Part shown: one piece after another, positions 24,921 through 37,633 of the stretch | Layout: each line of letters starts with the position of its first letter | How positions within the stretch are numbered: position 1 is the first letter of the stretch | Assembly (NCBI RefSeq): GCF_001194135.2 | Contig: NC_068986.1 | Coordinates: 24,415,663 to 24,479,662, forward strand | Source of the DNA: Octopus bimaculoides | Lineage: Eukaryota | Direction: 5' to 3' | Length of the DNA: 64,000 bases | Notes under the pieces: model-generated | The model's input: only the letters and a program-made list of their open reading frames with translations | What the model was told of the DNA's origin: nothing | Databases searched by the model: none | Translations under genes and position numbers: made by a program

Positions 24921-25351
24921 CATTTATTTTATGGTTTCTTTTAATTGCTACAGTCTATAAATGCGACATATGTTTGGGTTGACAGTTCACTGGCAGTTGT
25001 AATCCTTGACAGTCGCGTTCACTGCTATTGAGGCAAGTGACGACGAATCGATATAATTGACCAATAACTCCACTGCATATTATGCAAGCTGCAACAATAC
25101 GAGAAATGTTGCTGGTGCTGCTGTTGCTGAGAACTGATCGATCAGATCTAAGATCAAAGACCTTTCCGCACGGAATTGTCCTCTCATTCCTTTAAAGACG
25201 TAGTGTAGCCACAAGCACATTGTCAAATGTGTATTGTTCGATTCATTTAAAGCTAAGAAATTATGTTTCCACTATATTTAGTCATTAATTTCAGCAGATC
25301 AAGCCTTCTTATTGAAGTCCTAACACAAAATATTAATACGATGGACGCTAT

Positions 25352-25558
25352 TAAGACGGTGAGCAGGCCGAATTGTTACCGCACCGGACGAAATACTTAG
25401 CGGCACTTCGTCCGTCTTTACGTTCCGAGTTCAAATTCCGCCAAGGTCAACTTTGCTTTTCATCCTTTCGGGGTTGATAAAATAAGTGCCTCTTAAGCAC
25501 TGCGTAATCGACTTACTCCGTGCCCCAAAACTGCTGGCTTTGTGCCGAATTTGAAACG
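25352..25558 (+). mobile_element. SINE family B, near full length
   Basis: gacggtgagc...ccggacgaaatacttagcgg...ttccgagttcaaattccgccaaggtcaactttgc...tcatcctttcgggg, colinear with 24003-24190. Confidence 0.85.
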
Positions 25559-25941
25559 GATATGGTAGACGATAATTTTGCAGCTATTTTAGCACTGTTT
25601 TTATAGTTGTAGATTTTCTTGTCATTATTCTCGCTCTTATACGTTTTCTTGCTTCGGTTACTATTGCCGTTGGTAGTGATGAATGTCATTGAGGNNNNNN
25701 NNNNNNNNNNNNNNNNNNNNNNNNNNNNNNNNNNNNNNNNNNNNNNNNNNNNNNNNNNNNNNNNNNNNNNNNNNNNNNNNNNNNNNNNNNNNNNNNNNNN
25801 NNNNNNNNNNNNNNNNNNNNNNNNNNNNNNNNNNNNNNNNNNNNNNNNNNNNNNNNNNNNNNNNNNNNNNNNNNNNNNNNNNNNNNNNNNNNNNNNNNNN
25901 NNNNNNNNNNNNNNNNNNNNNNNNNNNNNNCCCCAGCCTAG

Positions 25942-25998
25942 AGGCGGCGAGCTGGCAGAATCGTTAGCACGCAGGGCAAAATGCTTAGCGGTATTTCT
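25942..25998 (+). mobile_element. SINE family B head only
   Basis: gaggcggcgagctggcagaatcgttagcacgcagggcaaaatgcttagcggtattt. Confidence 0.75.
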
Positions 25999-26809
25999 TA
26001 TGTAACTGTGATCTGATGAAAGACTCTGGTTAATCCATGATTTTAATGTTAAGCTTAGCGTTTTTCAGAGCCTTCCTGATACGGTGCAGCCGCAACAAAA
26101 TTCAGCTCTTGAAATTCATCTGTTTCGTACCACGAGTTTATTCTGCTTGTTAGATCACAAACTCTTTCAAGTTTGTTCCAATTTTGCCCCGGTATCTAGG
26201 GAAGGTCCTACTGCCCTCCTTATTTATGATTTCATCTAAATTCTTCCTAGTCTTTCTGTACACTCTGGCACTGGCTCTCTAGTTTTATCCAGAGACTGCA
26301 TGCGGTGGTGCCTAAACTCCTGTATATGTCTCTTTATTCACATGATGGATATGTTGTTCATTATCAACGGATCATAACTCCATACGCTATTAATGTTTAA
26401 CTTCATTTTGTATGTTAAAACTGAGTTCTAATGAATAGCATATTTAGAACGTATGGGTTTCATATAATACAAGAGGAAGATTATACATACAATTATGTTA
26501 TACGTATGTATCTTATGAGAGCACGGCTCTATGCATGTTGGGAGTTAGAGATTTCAATATTTTAACCATACGAAATGAGCAATATACATTGATGCTGACA
26601 GAATACATTTAACACTGGAAACATTCTGTATTTCAATGAACGTGGGTTGTTCTGAATGGTATCCAAAAGAAGTTTTCACAATTTCATTAGCTGACATAAA
26701 TCGTTTACACTGCAAACGTTGGTAAAATGACTCATCTGCCATAGTAACTCTTCTTTCTTTTCTTTATCCTTTCCAGCAAATAATAGATTCCAAGCAGAAG
26801 TAACGTGCT

Positions 26810-27205
26810 GTTACGAGTTCGACATCACTGAAGGCTACAGGGGGTTTACGGAGATGACATCATTCAGAAGTGCAATGTGTACAGTTGCCTAGAGAAGTTT
26901 AAAGAGCAAACTGACATTGAAAACAAACCACGCAATGGGAGACAACCAGCTGCGACGATTGTCAAATTCGTGCCAACAAACAAGTTGTAATCCCTACAAC
27001 TTGAATTGCAGTTACGATGCATCACAGAAGATGGTGAAAGACTGAGTATCGGAAAATGTACAACAATATTATGACACATATGGGGTGAAAGCTGCGGTGA
27101 AGAATTGAATATGGAATGCACAAGTGAATGTCTCAAAGAGGATTCGAAAGCCTTTATCAGCGATATTGTAAATGCATTGCGACATAGGTAACATTGAATA
27201 AAACA
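26810..27205 (+). mobile_element. mariner (DD34D-like) transposase remnant with the catalytic domain deleted
   Basis: RLQGVYGDDIIQKCNVYSCLEKFKEQTDIENKPRNGR (mariner helix-turn-helix, VYG...GRP), then RCITEDGERLSIGKCTTIL, fused almost directly to GFESLYQRYCKCIAT (mariner C-terminus GIxxLxxRWxKCI). Confidence 0.7.
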
Positions 27206-27579
27206 TTTAATGTTGTTTCAATTCTATCTACCGGATATTTATTCAACCAAATGGCAATTCACAATAGCAGTGAGAGTTTTTTATTTACTGTTTCGTATAT
27301 CGGAGGCGACAAATCTCGTCTGGACACGTGGCTAGCAGCTGGTACACGCTCTGACAAGCCTTAACTTGTCCGCAATGCATCTGGCGTCTTCGCTAGCCGT
27401 TACTGAGATCTTTCACTTTCCTTAAATGTATATTGATTTTGAAGCACGGCACATCCACAAGAATCTATATTGGAGAATTAAGGCAGTATGTTGTCTTTGA
27501 GAAACCTATATATATCACGTATGAGACATTCGTGGCTATATTTTTTTATTCGGTTTTAAATGCGTATACAGTATATATA

Positions 27580-27637
<58 letters not shown>

Positions 27638-27691
27638 TGTGCCATTATGCAGTTGTTTATATCCGTTCGTATATTTTTTTCTTATATATAC

Positions 27692-28050
27692 TATTGTGCA
27701 TATGCAAAACACGAACTCATGAAGACATGCTGTAGTGTGTGAAGAGGAAGAGGAAAAAGAGACAAAAATAAATGGAAGCATATCCACCGAAAACGATGTA
27801 ATACATTTAAGGTTATATCAATGTTAATAAAATTTTAAATAGGAAAACTATAATTAATTTACATCAACCGATTTTAAACATAATATTGCGCATATGCAAA
27901 ACATGAAAGCAAGAAAACATGCGAGAGTGAAGGAGAGAAATATAAATGTTAGCTTATCAGACAAAATTATTGTAATACCATTAAAGATATATTAATACTA
28001 AGATAATTTAAATAAGAAAAATATATTTAATTTACATCAACCGATTTCAG
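27692..28050. repeat. Diverged tandem duplication, units about 192 and 165 bp
   Basis: tattg.gcatatgcaaaaca.gaa at 27692 and 27884; both units end ttaatttacatcaaccgattt. Confidence 0.8.
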
Positions 28051-30084
28051 CATTTGTTATCACTCATGAATTTATTATTTACAGAATGAATGATCATTTT
28101 TAATCTTTTTAAAGAATTAACAAATGTATTTCTTGAAAAACGCAGAGAAGTCGTCCGTTAATATATCAGAGATAACTTCTTTTGCAAACCGTTAATATAA
28201 ATTATTTTCATATTTCAAGTTATCTTCATATTCAATCGTAAATTTATATTTCAAGTTATCTTCGCATTCAGTTTTAAGTTCATCATTATAAATCTATTTG
28301 CTTTTTGTCAGTTTTTTATTAAAGTTTTTGAAGTTTATTTTGATCAGCCACCTGTTTGATAACAATATTCTAAAGAATGTATTGTAAAATAAAAGATGAC
28401 GTCTTTTCGCCATACTTTCTGCACTTATGCAAACATTTCATTTTAAACCCTCTGTATAGTATTCTGATTGCGATCGTCAGTAATGTAAGAGAAATTCTAA
28501 AGCATTAAACTTCAATCAGACGTTGACCCAAGAAGACCAGTGCATGTACTGTCGCTCCATTACTAATGGAATTAAATCTTAGTCAGTATATTGGATGGTA
28601 GATAGTATTAGATTCCTCTTTTATGTTCCATGGATAACTTCTGCCACGTGTACTTCTTTAAGCATCTGTTTGTATTTCGTAGTCGCATACAATTACGTCA
28701 TACGGAGCGGAATATAATTTAGGTGTTGGTCCACTGATATCCTTTGGTTATTTCAAGGTGTTCATCTTTATTGCTTGTCATTTTTTTAACGTCATTCCAT
28801 TGTGCAAATTTTTTGGCTTTGCATCCTATATATTTGTTTTCAACTGGTACTTTCTGTTTCTTCATTACTTGAAATTAACCGTCCGCATTCTCCGTGTCAA
28901 GCTTTCAGTGAGGTTTATTAATTTCATGGTCTGTTGCTTTCATTTTCTGTGCTCATGTATGGGCTTCACAGTGGATTGAATATAATTTGGTTTTGTAAGA
29001 TTTATCAAACTTTCTCGGAAAAAATTCAGTTTTGGCTTTTTATTTCATGGTTCTACTGCAGGTAATTATCGTGCTCAGGCATTCTTATGCTCTTATCTGA
29101 AATTTTGGATAACAATATTGCGAGGTTGTTTTCTGTTGTAGGGGTTGATACATTACTGAAATCCGGATTCCATAAGGTGTTAATACAGATTTACACTCAC
29201 AGCTACGATCCTGTCGTGAGTGATTAAATAATTCTACATATTCATGGATACTGAAATATTTAATAATGCTAGTAATTACCAAGTTCTTACAGGTATAAAT
29301 GTTTGCAAGTAAATGTTGGCCTGAAGCAGCAAAGAAACGGTACTCTTTGGTATCGTTAATCAAAAATTTTAATTAGTGTCAGGGTCAGTACTAAATCAAA
29401 AACAAAGGCGACAAATCTGCAAGAAACGCTATGCACTGGAAGGAAAATCTTCAGGACCTTACTGTTAACCCCAGCATTTTCTGATAGCTGCACAGAAATT
29501 CTTATTGAACATGAGTGGAAAAAAATTATGATTCTATTAACTCAGTAATGTACTGAAAAATATAAATGAAAAGCATAAATTACAAATTCAGACGTCTAAA
29601 ATACAGAGACATGCATTCAGGGTTCGTTCAAGTTTTTAATGTTGTATAAAATAAAAACCCAATTGATAAATATACTGAAAGCAACTTAAGTGTGACTAAA
29701 ACTTGAATTTACATTTTGTACTGCCACTATGGCTATAGTGGGACTAAATATTAAAGATTGTCGTAATGGTGAAAGCAGGAAATGTATACAATAAATTGTT
29801 CTTGCACCGTATGCACTAACTGGTATTAATGTAACTGGTATTTTCCTTGTCTTTCTATAAGAATTTATAGGGTTATTTTTGGACACGTTCTTTTCTTTGA
29901 AGAATATAACGCACTTTTCATACCTTGCAATACAAGCAGCTTTAGCACATACCTTTTGCTTGATAGTTTCTATAGTGGCGTCGATGTCAAGTATGATTTT
30001 CAGATTACATTTTTTCTTTAATTTTCGGATTTTTACTGGTTTGATAGTGTTTTCAAACTTAAGGTTTTTTAAACATTCTATGTA

Positions 30085-30244
30085 AAACCTAAGTAGCTGA
30101 ACTTGGTGTTGAATACGCTCTTGCCAGTAGGCGTTTTGTGGAAATGTTGTTTTCTAATCTTTTCACCACATAGAATCGTTGAGATTTTCGCTGATGCATA
30201 GTACATCTGGTTGAGATCTGTAATATCAACATCACTAGCTGAAA

Positions 30245-30245
<1 letters not shown>
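30085..30245 (-). mobile_element. R4/Dong-clade LINE fragment (pre-RT region), abutting (TAA)n
   Basis: Minus frame DITDLNQMYYASAKISTILCGEKIRKQHFHKTPTGKSVFNTKFSYL resembles the DITExNxLxYAxA...GxK...PxWKxR..KI motif of R4/Dong ORFs. Eye alignment. Confidence 0.5.
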
Positions 30246-30247
<2 letters not shown>

Positions 30248-30304
<57 letters not shown>

Positions 30305-30400
30305 TATTACTGATACTACTAAAACTACTACTATTACTTCTACTGCTAATACTATTAATACTACAGCTATTACTATTGCTACTATTACTACTACTATGAA
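30248..30400. repeat. (ATT)n plus degenerate (TAC)n microsatellites
   Basis: Direct reading. Confidence 0.95.
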
Positions 30401-30844
30401 AAATATATATAAGATGCTGCCATGAACATATATGTAACATCAATGTAGTCTGCTTGAAAGAAAAATTGAAGTCATGTTAACTATATAAAGCTGCGGTCTC
30501 TAGCTCCCACAGGTCATAATTTCTCATACAATCTCTATTATTCACCAACCAGATTTATTGGCAAAATCAGATAACGGCACCTGTGGTCGCCAGCTATATT
30601 TTGTCTAGTAACATGGAATCACAAATTGATGCTAACTGGTCACGTGCACTGTATACCGATGTGTTCATAAGCAAATGTAAAAGCATTACTGTTGTATTAT
30701 GGGACATTCCATTGAGATTTATAATAACGTCTGATTACGCTTCTATATTTTTGCTTCAAATGTATTAAGATTTCGTAATGTTAGTCATGCACTTCTCTAG
30801 TGTATTAGTAAAATCATTGAAATAAAACTAGATTATAAACGAAA

Positions 30845-31003
30845 GACGTGACTGTGTGGTAAGAAGTGAGCTTCCCGGCAACATGCTTACGGGTTCAGTT
30901 CCACTGCATGGCAGCTTGGACAACTGTCTACTACTATAGCCTCGGGCCGACAAAAGCCTTGTGAACGGATTTGATAGATGGAAAGGGAAAAGAAGCCCAT
31001 GCA
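30845..31003 (+). mobile_element. SINE family A 5' half
   Basis: gactgtgtggtaagaag...gggttcagttccactgcatggcagcttggacaactgtctactactatagcctcgggccgac matches 37405-37510. Confidence 0.75.
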
Positions 31004-31361
31004 TGGAAGATGGGCGTTACACGATGATGATGATGATCATGATCATGATATATTTACATTTCAGCTATGTAACTACACACGTGCTTTTCCTGGACTTTTT
31101 TTCCTTCCTTCTCTAGACTTTTCCTTTTTCCTATTTCTGACGAAGTGCGATGCTCGAAGCGTAAAAAATCCATTCTTTTTTCCATCTTTACTGAGCGTCG
31201 AGCTAATACATTCCATATATAAGACTTTGTTGTTTTGCTTTTTTATTATTTTTAACGTTCGATTTTGTTAATGCATAGTTTTTAATGTTCGGTCTGTGTG
31301 TGTATATGTAAGTGCGTGTGTGTGAATGTGTGTGTGAATGTGTCTGTGCGGGTGTGTCCAT

Positions 31362-31482
31362 GTTCTTGGACACTGCAGCCATGCTTGAGCACCGCCTTAG
31401 AGGGTTTTTAAATTGGAGAGATCGGCCACAGGACTTACTGTTTGTAAGCCTAGCACTTATTCTATCGATATCCTTTGCCGCT
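31362..31482 (-). mobile_element. SINE family A 3' part
   Basis: actgcagccatgcttgagcaccgcc...caggacttactgtttgtaagcctagcacttattctatcg matches 53738-53820. Confidence 0.7.
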
Positions 31483-32509
31483 GATCAGAAGGAAAGTAAG
31501 AAACTCAAGTTAAGAAAAGAAATATGGCCGATGATATATATATATATANNNNNNNNNNNNNNNNNNNNNNNNNNNNNNNNNNNNNNNNNNNNNNNNNNNN
31601 NNNNNNNNNNNNNNNNNNNNNNNNNNNNNNNNNNNNNNNNNNNNNNNNNNNNNNNNNNNNNNNNNNNNNNNNNNNNNNNNNNNNNNNNNNNNNNNNNNNN
31701 NNNNNNNNNNNNNNNNNNNNNNNNNNNNNNNNNNNNNNNNNNNNNNNNNNNNNNNNNNNNNNNNNNNNNNNNNNNNNNNNNNNNNNNNNNNNNNNNNNNN
31801 NNNNNNNNNNNNNNNNNNNNNNNNNNNNNATATATATATATATAATATATATATTGTAAATGAAAGACGGTAGATGGAATATACGAGAATTTTTATTATT
31901 AATCACCACAATTGTTTCGACACATCAAGCATCGATCTCTCACGTGTGTGACATTTCACAACTAGTTCAGGAGCATCCGGCGGTGCAGATGTATCACATC
32001 GGATGCTAAATTGATACAACTTGTTAAAATTACAGTTCCACAAAGTGTCTTCTCATTTCGAACAAAGAAAAGCAGCAAAACGAAAGAGATATTTTCATTT
32101 ATAGAGAATATCAAAAATAAAATCACAGATGCAAAAAAGAAACGAACACGCAATACAGCGAGAAAAGTATTAAAAATTATCGCTAACAGATATGGATATA
32201 TAAACGCCCTCGCGCAAGATGTTTTGCTCGTGCACACTCGCTGATACATGTATCCGCGAAAATATAAGCATGCGCACACGTGTGGCTTGGTGCACTCACA
32301 ATCACAAAGCGAGCTAAATAGCTATTTGGTGTTTATAAGAATGAGGAGGTTAAAGCGAAACTTAATTCATCTATCCCTTAAAATAAATTATGATAACATT
32401 TACTCAAATTCATTCTCACTGCGTTGTGAGAAAGTACAGTTATATGCGTGTACGCATCTTGAGAGTCTTTCAGAAATTCTATTAATGATCTTCTCATTGG
32501 TCCACAGAA

Positions 32510-32895
32510 GGAGGCGCAATGGCCCAGTGGTTAGGGCAGCGGACTCACGGTCATAGAATCGCGGTTTCGATTCCCAGACAGGGCGTTGTGAGTGTTTATT
32601 GAGCGAAGACACCTAAAGCTCCACGAGGCTCCGGCAGGGGATGGTGGTGAACCCTGCTGTACTCTTTCTCCACAACTTTCTCTCACTCTTACTTCCTGTT
32701 TCTGTTGTGCCTGTAATTCAATGGGTCAGCCTTGTCACACTGTGTCACGCTGAATATCCCCGAGAACTACGTTAAGGGTACACGTGTCTGTGGAGTGCTC
32801 AGCCACTTACACGTTAATTTCACGAGCGGGCTGTTCCGTTGATCGGATCAACTGGAACCCTCGTCGTCGTAAGCGACGGAGTGCCAACAACAACA
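32510..32895 (+). mobile_element. SINE family C, full length and apparently young, with 14-bp TSD and (CAA)n tail
   Basis: Box A TGGCCCAGTGG at 32520-32530, box B GGTTTCGATTCCC at 32563-32575, tail caacaacaacaa, and identical ATTGGTCCACAGAA at 32496-32509 and 32896-32909. Confidence 0.95.
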
Positions 32896-33564
32896 ATTGG
32901 TCCACAGAATAGTCAGAGATTTCTCAGGTACTGTCATTCCTGATTCACTGAGAAATATCAGCGATAGCGCGATATTTTCATAATGGCCGTGATATTCTCG
33001 TTCCTGCGTTGACAAAAAATGATACCAGTAATAAATACATTTAACGTATAGAACAATTTTTTAAATGGCCACGAGATATAGCATACGAATGTAAGCCTTC
33101 TAAAATTACCAAATAAAATCGGCAAAAACAAATGTTATAATTTCGTAAATTTATCTATGTCATTATGACAGCGTCTATTCTAATCTGTAACGATTTATTG
33201 GTAGTATTGTTTTGGTAGGATTGAAACAGATTACTTGTTAATACAGAAAGCAACGAAACACAAGCAACAGACTAATATTGGTATATTTTGGATTATTACA
33301 TAGTACTAAATAAATTTAGGTTGTTAGCACAAAGACTTTGTCACTTGATTGAAATTGTAAGATCAGGGCAAATGCTAAATTATAATCATATGTATGACGT
33401 CTATAATTAGATTTATTTGAACACTACAAAGAAACCTTATCCATCATCAAAGACAAGGAATTATGCGTACAGAAGCACATTGAGAAGCGCGTAACTAACA
33501 TATAAGCGTTATAGATATTTTCACATAGACGCATATATATTTATGTGTGTATCTCACTCTCATT

Positions 33565-33608
<44 letters not shown>

Positions 33609-34614
33609 NNNNNNNNNNNNNNNNNNNNNNNNNNNNNNNNNNNNNNNNNNNNNNNNNNNNNNNNNNNNNNNNNNNNNNNNNNNNNNNNNNNNNNNNNNNN
33701 NNNNNNNNNNNNNNNNNNNNNNNNNNNNNNNNNNNNNNNNNNNNNNNNNNNNNNNNNNNNNNNNNNNNNNNNNNNNNNNNNNNNNNNNNNNNNNNNNNNN
33801 NNNNNNNNNNNNNNNNNNNNNNNNNNNNNNNNNNNNNNNNNNNNNNNNNNNNNNNNNNNNNNNNNNNNNNNNNNNNNNNNNNNNNNNNNNNNNNNNNNNN
33901 NNNNNNNNNNNNNNNNNNNNNNNNNNNNNNNNNNNNNNNNNNNNNNNNNNNNNNNNNNNNNNNNNNNNNNNNNNNNNNNNNNNNNNNNNNNNNNNNNNNN
34001 NNNNNNNNNNNNNNNNNNNNNNNNNNNNNNNNNNNNNNNNNNNNNNNNNNNNNNNNNNNNNNNNNNNNNNNNNNNNNNNNNNNNNNNNNNNNNNNNNNNN
34101 NNATATATATATAAATTGTAACTGAAAACACACGCACTCTCATAAGTGAATTTACATAACTATTGACATACACATGGTTATCATTACGAATTCAATTTGC
34201 AAGTGATAACGTCGCGCCGCAAGTACTTGCATAATTTTAAATTACATTATATCGCTGTACAACTCGAGACAACTACGTAGAGATCAGGTTATCATCAAGT
34301 GGCTTTGATGGTATTTACTTCATTTATAAAATCACTTGAAGTATCTAATGTAGTGTACGTAGATTTCGTTGTTGTTTCCCGAAGCATTTTACAAGGGTCC
34401 ACTAATATCTAACACTTTTGTAATTTACAGATCTTAGCTAAACTTGCCTAAAAACAGAGAAAAGTTCGTAACTCACGTTTTATTCCTAGCTGTACATACA
34501 CGCATACATATATAAGCGTGTCTTTATATTTGTCTGATTGCTTTGTACGCCCACAAGTATGCGTTGTATCTATCTATCTATTTATCTATCTATCTGTCTG
34601 TATGTCTCTCTGTC

Positions 34615-34654
<40 letters not shown>

Positions 34655-35071
34655 NNNNNNNNNNGTGTGTGTGTGTGTGTGTGTGTGTGTCTGTGCGTGT
34701 GTCTGTGTGTGTGTCTGTGTGTGTGTTTGGGTGTGTGTACACAGGGACAGACAGACATTCAACGCAATTTACAACTTCTGAATTGATATATTATTTTGAA
34801 TGTCTCATTCCTAAGGAGATTTCTTTGTACATTACAGTACTCATTACCGTGGTACGTGTAGTATCCACATCCAGTCTCTCCTCCTCCTTTTACTACTACT
34901 AATAATACAACTAATACTACAACTACTACTTATATAACCACCATCATCTCTATTACCGCTGCTGTTATTATTACTCCTTCGAATACTGCTGTTGGCGTCA
35001 AGTACAGCAAAAGTTTACTCTGTTGAATATTTCTCTAATCTATTGTAAGTAGAAATCACCTTCCCTTTCAC

Positions 35072-35077
<6 letters not shown>

Positions 35078-35136
<59 letters not shown>
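35078..35136. repeat. (CT)n microsatellite
   Basis: Direct reading. Confidence 0.97.
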
Positions 35137-35140
<4 letters not shown>

Positions 35141-35229
35141 CCTCTTCTCGAACTTTGTTCTAGTGAATGAATCCTCAACTCATATCTGGTTCGTTCCCTG
35201 CGTAGACTTCCTCGCAGATAGGGGCTCTT

Positions 35230-36290
35230 CATGAAATACATCGCTCATTTTTTACATGATTTCACAATTTGCGTGAGTGAGAGCATTTTTATTTTTTGTC
35301 TTCCCCATTGTTCCTGATTGCTTATCACTCCTGTCCTTCCTTTATCTGCTTCCCATTGTTGCAAGAAAATGGAGTGATTCCAACTGCTATGGAGGAGGAA
35401 GATCCTCGTCACCATTTTCTGACATTGTGAACGAAACGATTCCTTTGAACATCATCAAAACTCTAATAATGATCGAACTGGTAGTATTCAGGAGGCAACA
35501 ATTTTTGTTACCGCATTTCTTTTTATATTTGCCTCTGTTGATGGTTACTTTCTTTCTAAGCATTTCTATTTCTCTTAGAAATATCTTAAACAGTTATACC
35601 ACTCAAATGTATAATATCTGCTGGATTTTCTTACCTGTATCACTAAACTCAATGCTTTCATTTCCACAATCAGGAGAATACACAGCTCTGGGATATCTCG
35701 GTGATCTTCAGGATCCCTGTCTCCATGAAAAGTTCACACGAACAAGTTTCATTCTAGATTACTTCGGGGCTGATCAATGAGTCCCATTGAGCGGCAACGG
35801 ATACGATAATCTAAGTGTCGACATCATTAGCAATATCTTATGGTACAATTATTCTCTAACGTCGTTCCATGAATTACGGCACCAACTTATTGCCAGTCTG
35901 TTGTCTTGCTTCGATAAAATATGTACACCATATTGCCGACCACAGCTTCTTTTACTTCCTATTTTGAGCATATATTGGACACGACTATTTCCCTACAGAC
36001 ACAGTTATATTTCTTTCCTCATTGACTTCGACGAAATCATAAAGTAAGAAAACAGAACTTTAGGTTAACTATCTCACGGCCTCCATTTTGGGATTGAGTT
36101 GATTCATGACTAATATTAGTATCTCGCTCGTCACACCAGCAGAAATGACATTGTGCATTGTCTCTGTGTTACATTTATCGTTAGCAATACTTGTGCATGT
36201 TTTAGTCTGAAAGTCAATGTTTACAAATACATTCGCTGGAAGAATTCTCATTTTTCTGTGCATTTATCAAAGTCTTAATATTTGTGCTTG
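35230..36290 (-). mobile_element. Decayed Ty3/gypsy LTR-retrotransposon gag and protease-region remnant
   Basis: Minus-strand frames give gag-like FHGDRDPE (35707-35730) and KEMR.QKLLPPEYYQF (35475-35520), and protease-region-like IDFQTKTC (36195-36218), VEVNEERNITVSVGK (35988-36032) and WQ*VGAVIHG (35866-35894). Many stops and frameshifts. Confidence 0.5.
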
Positions 36291-36597
36291 TAGCTACGTC
36301 TGTTTATACAATTGTCATCGTCATTCTTATTTGTTTGACTTTTTTAAAAACATTTTTTATCATAATTTTCAACGTTTTTCTCCGAATTCTTAGAAACTTG
36401 TTTACGAAATATGATCTGAAAATGTCTAAGGACAAACAATATTTTCTTTCCAGGGTAAACAGATTGTACATCGAAATGTTCCAAAGACTTCTGTTGGAAA
36501 AATAATCCAAAAGGAGAAAAAATTTCATCCAGAAAAAAGTTGGTAATAATCCAATTTCTTCGAGACCAGCACAAGAGATTTCTGTGCACGACAAAAC

Positions 36598-36611
36598 ACG
36601 ACGACGACGAC

Positions 36612-36656
<45 letters not shown>

Positions 36657-36730
36657 AATGATGATGATGATGATGATGACGACAACGACGACGACAACAA
36701 TAATAACAAGAATAATAATAACAATGAATG
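36598..36730. repeat. Compound (GAC)/(GAT)/(AAC)/(AAT) microsatellite
   Basis: Direct reading. Confidence 0.95.
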
Positions 36731-36947
36731 AAAATAATAAAATAACCTGCATTACTTGCTCCATGCAGAACAGAACGAACACTATGATGACAAGAAACAC
36801 GATAAAGAAAACCCACAACAGAACGCATTAATGTAGTGTGCCAAGAAATATAAGAACACATATCTACATTCACATCCATCTCAGGAATAGACAGGTGTAG
36901 TAGGAACTTGCAGGAATCTACCGATCAGATTAATGATAATAATAACT

Positions 36948-37150
36948 ACAGGCATGAGGCCTGAAATTTTGGGGAAGGGGCTAGTCGATTATATCGATCC
37001 CAGTGCGTAAGGGGTACTTATTTTATCGACCCCGAAACGATGAAAGGCAAAGTAGACCTCGGGAGAATTTGACCTCTAATCATAAAACGAACGAAATAGC
37101 GTTAAGCATTTTGCCCGGTGTACTAACGATTCTGACATCTCACCACCTAG
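36948..37150 (-). mobile_element. SINE family B, near full length
   Basis: Reverse complement colinear with 24003-24190 (tcgaccccgaaacgatgaaaggcaaag...gaatttga...agcattttgcccggtgtactaacgattctg...ctcaccacc). Confidence 0.85.
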
Positions 37151-37260
37151 TATCCTAGTCATAACACCAACTTGATCTTGTAACTTGTTGTCACTTGAAA
37201 TCTCTGGATGAGACTTGAAGTCAACTTGTACAAATATAAAGCAAAAGACAAACATATAGC
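37151..37260 (+). mobile_element. R4/Dong LINE 3'-UTR fragment
   Basis: cctagtcataacacc...cttgaaatctctggatgagacttgaagtcaacttgtacaaatataaagcaaaagacaaaca aligns with 43157-43248, the 3' UTR after an R4-type stop. Confidence 0.7.
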
Positions 37261-37396
37261 CAGGATGGGCCACTCGACTTGAAGAAATTTTAACTGAGCC
37301 CCACCTGCAAGTTCATGCGCTGTTTATTTTGAGAAGATTAGCATGATCCTTGCATGAGGATGACACGGAGAGTCATGATGCATATCATATTGTTTA

Positions 37397-37563
37397 GGCG
37401 CAAGAGTGGTTGTGTGGTAAGTAGCTTGCTTACCAGACACATGGTTCCGGTATCAGTCCCACTGCGTAGCACCTTGGTTAAGTGTCTTCTCCTATAGCCT
37501 CGGGGCCGACCAAAGCGTTGTGAGTGGATTTGATAGACGGAAACTGAAAGAAGCCTGTCGTAT

Positions 37564-37633
<70 letters not shown>

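Noticed and set aside
32510-32585. tRNA gene
   Set aside because: It has A/B boxes but no acceptor stem closure, continues into a SINE body and is flanked by a TSD, so it is a SINE head.
35277-35780. 167-aa plus-strand ORF, one of the longest non-repeat ORFs
   Set aside because: It is antisense to the gypsy-like remnant, with an F/L/I-rich composition typical of the reverse of A-rich DNA.
36454-36542. AG...GT-bounded frame GKQIVHRNVPKTSVGKIIQKEKKFHPEKS
   Set aside because: IVHRNV only superficially resembles kinase HRD; the donor is weak and there is no partner exon.
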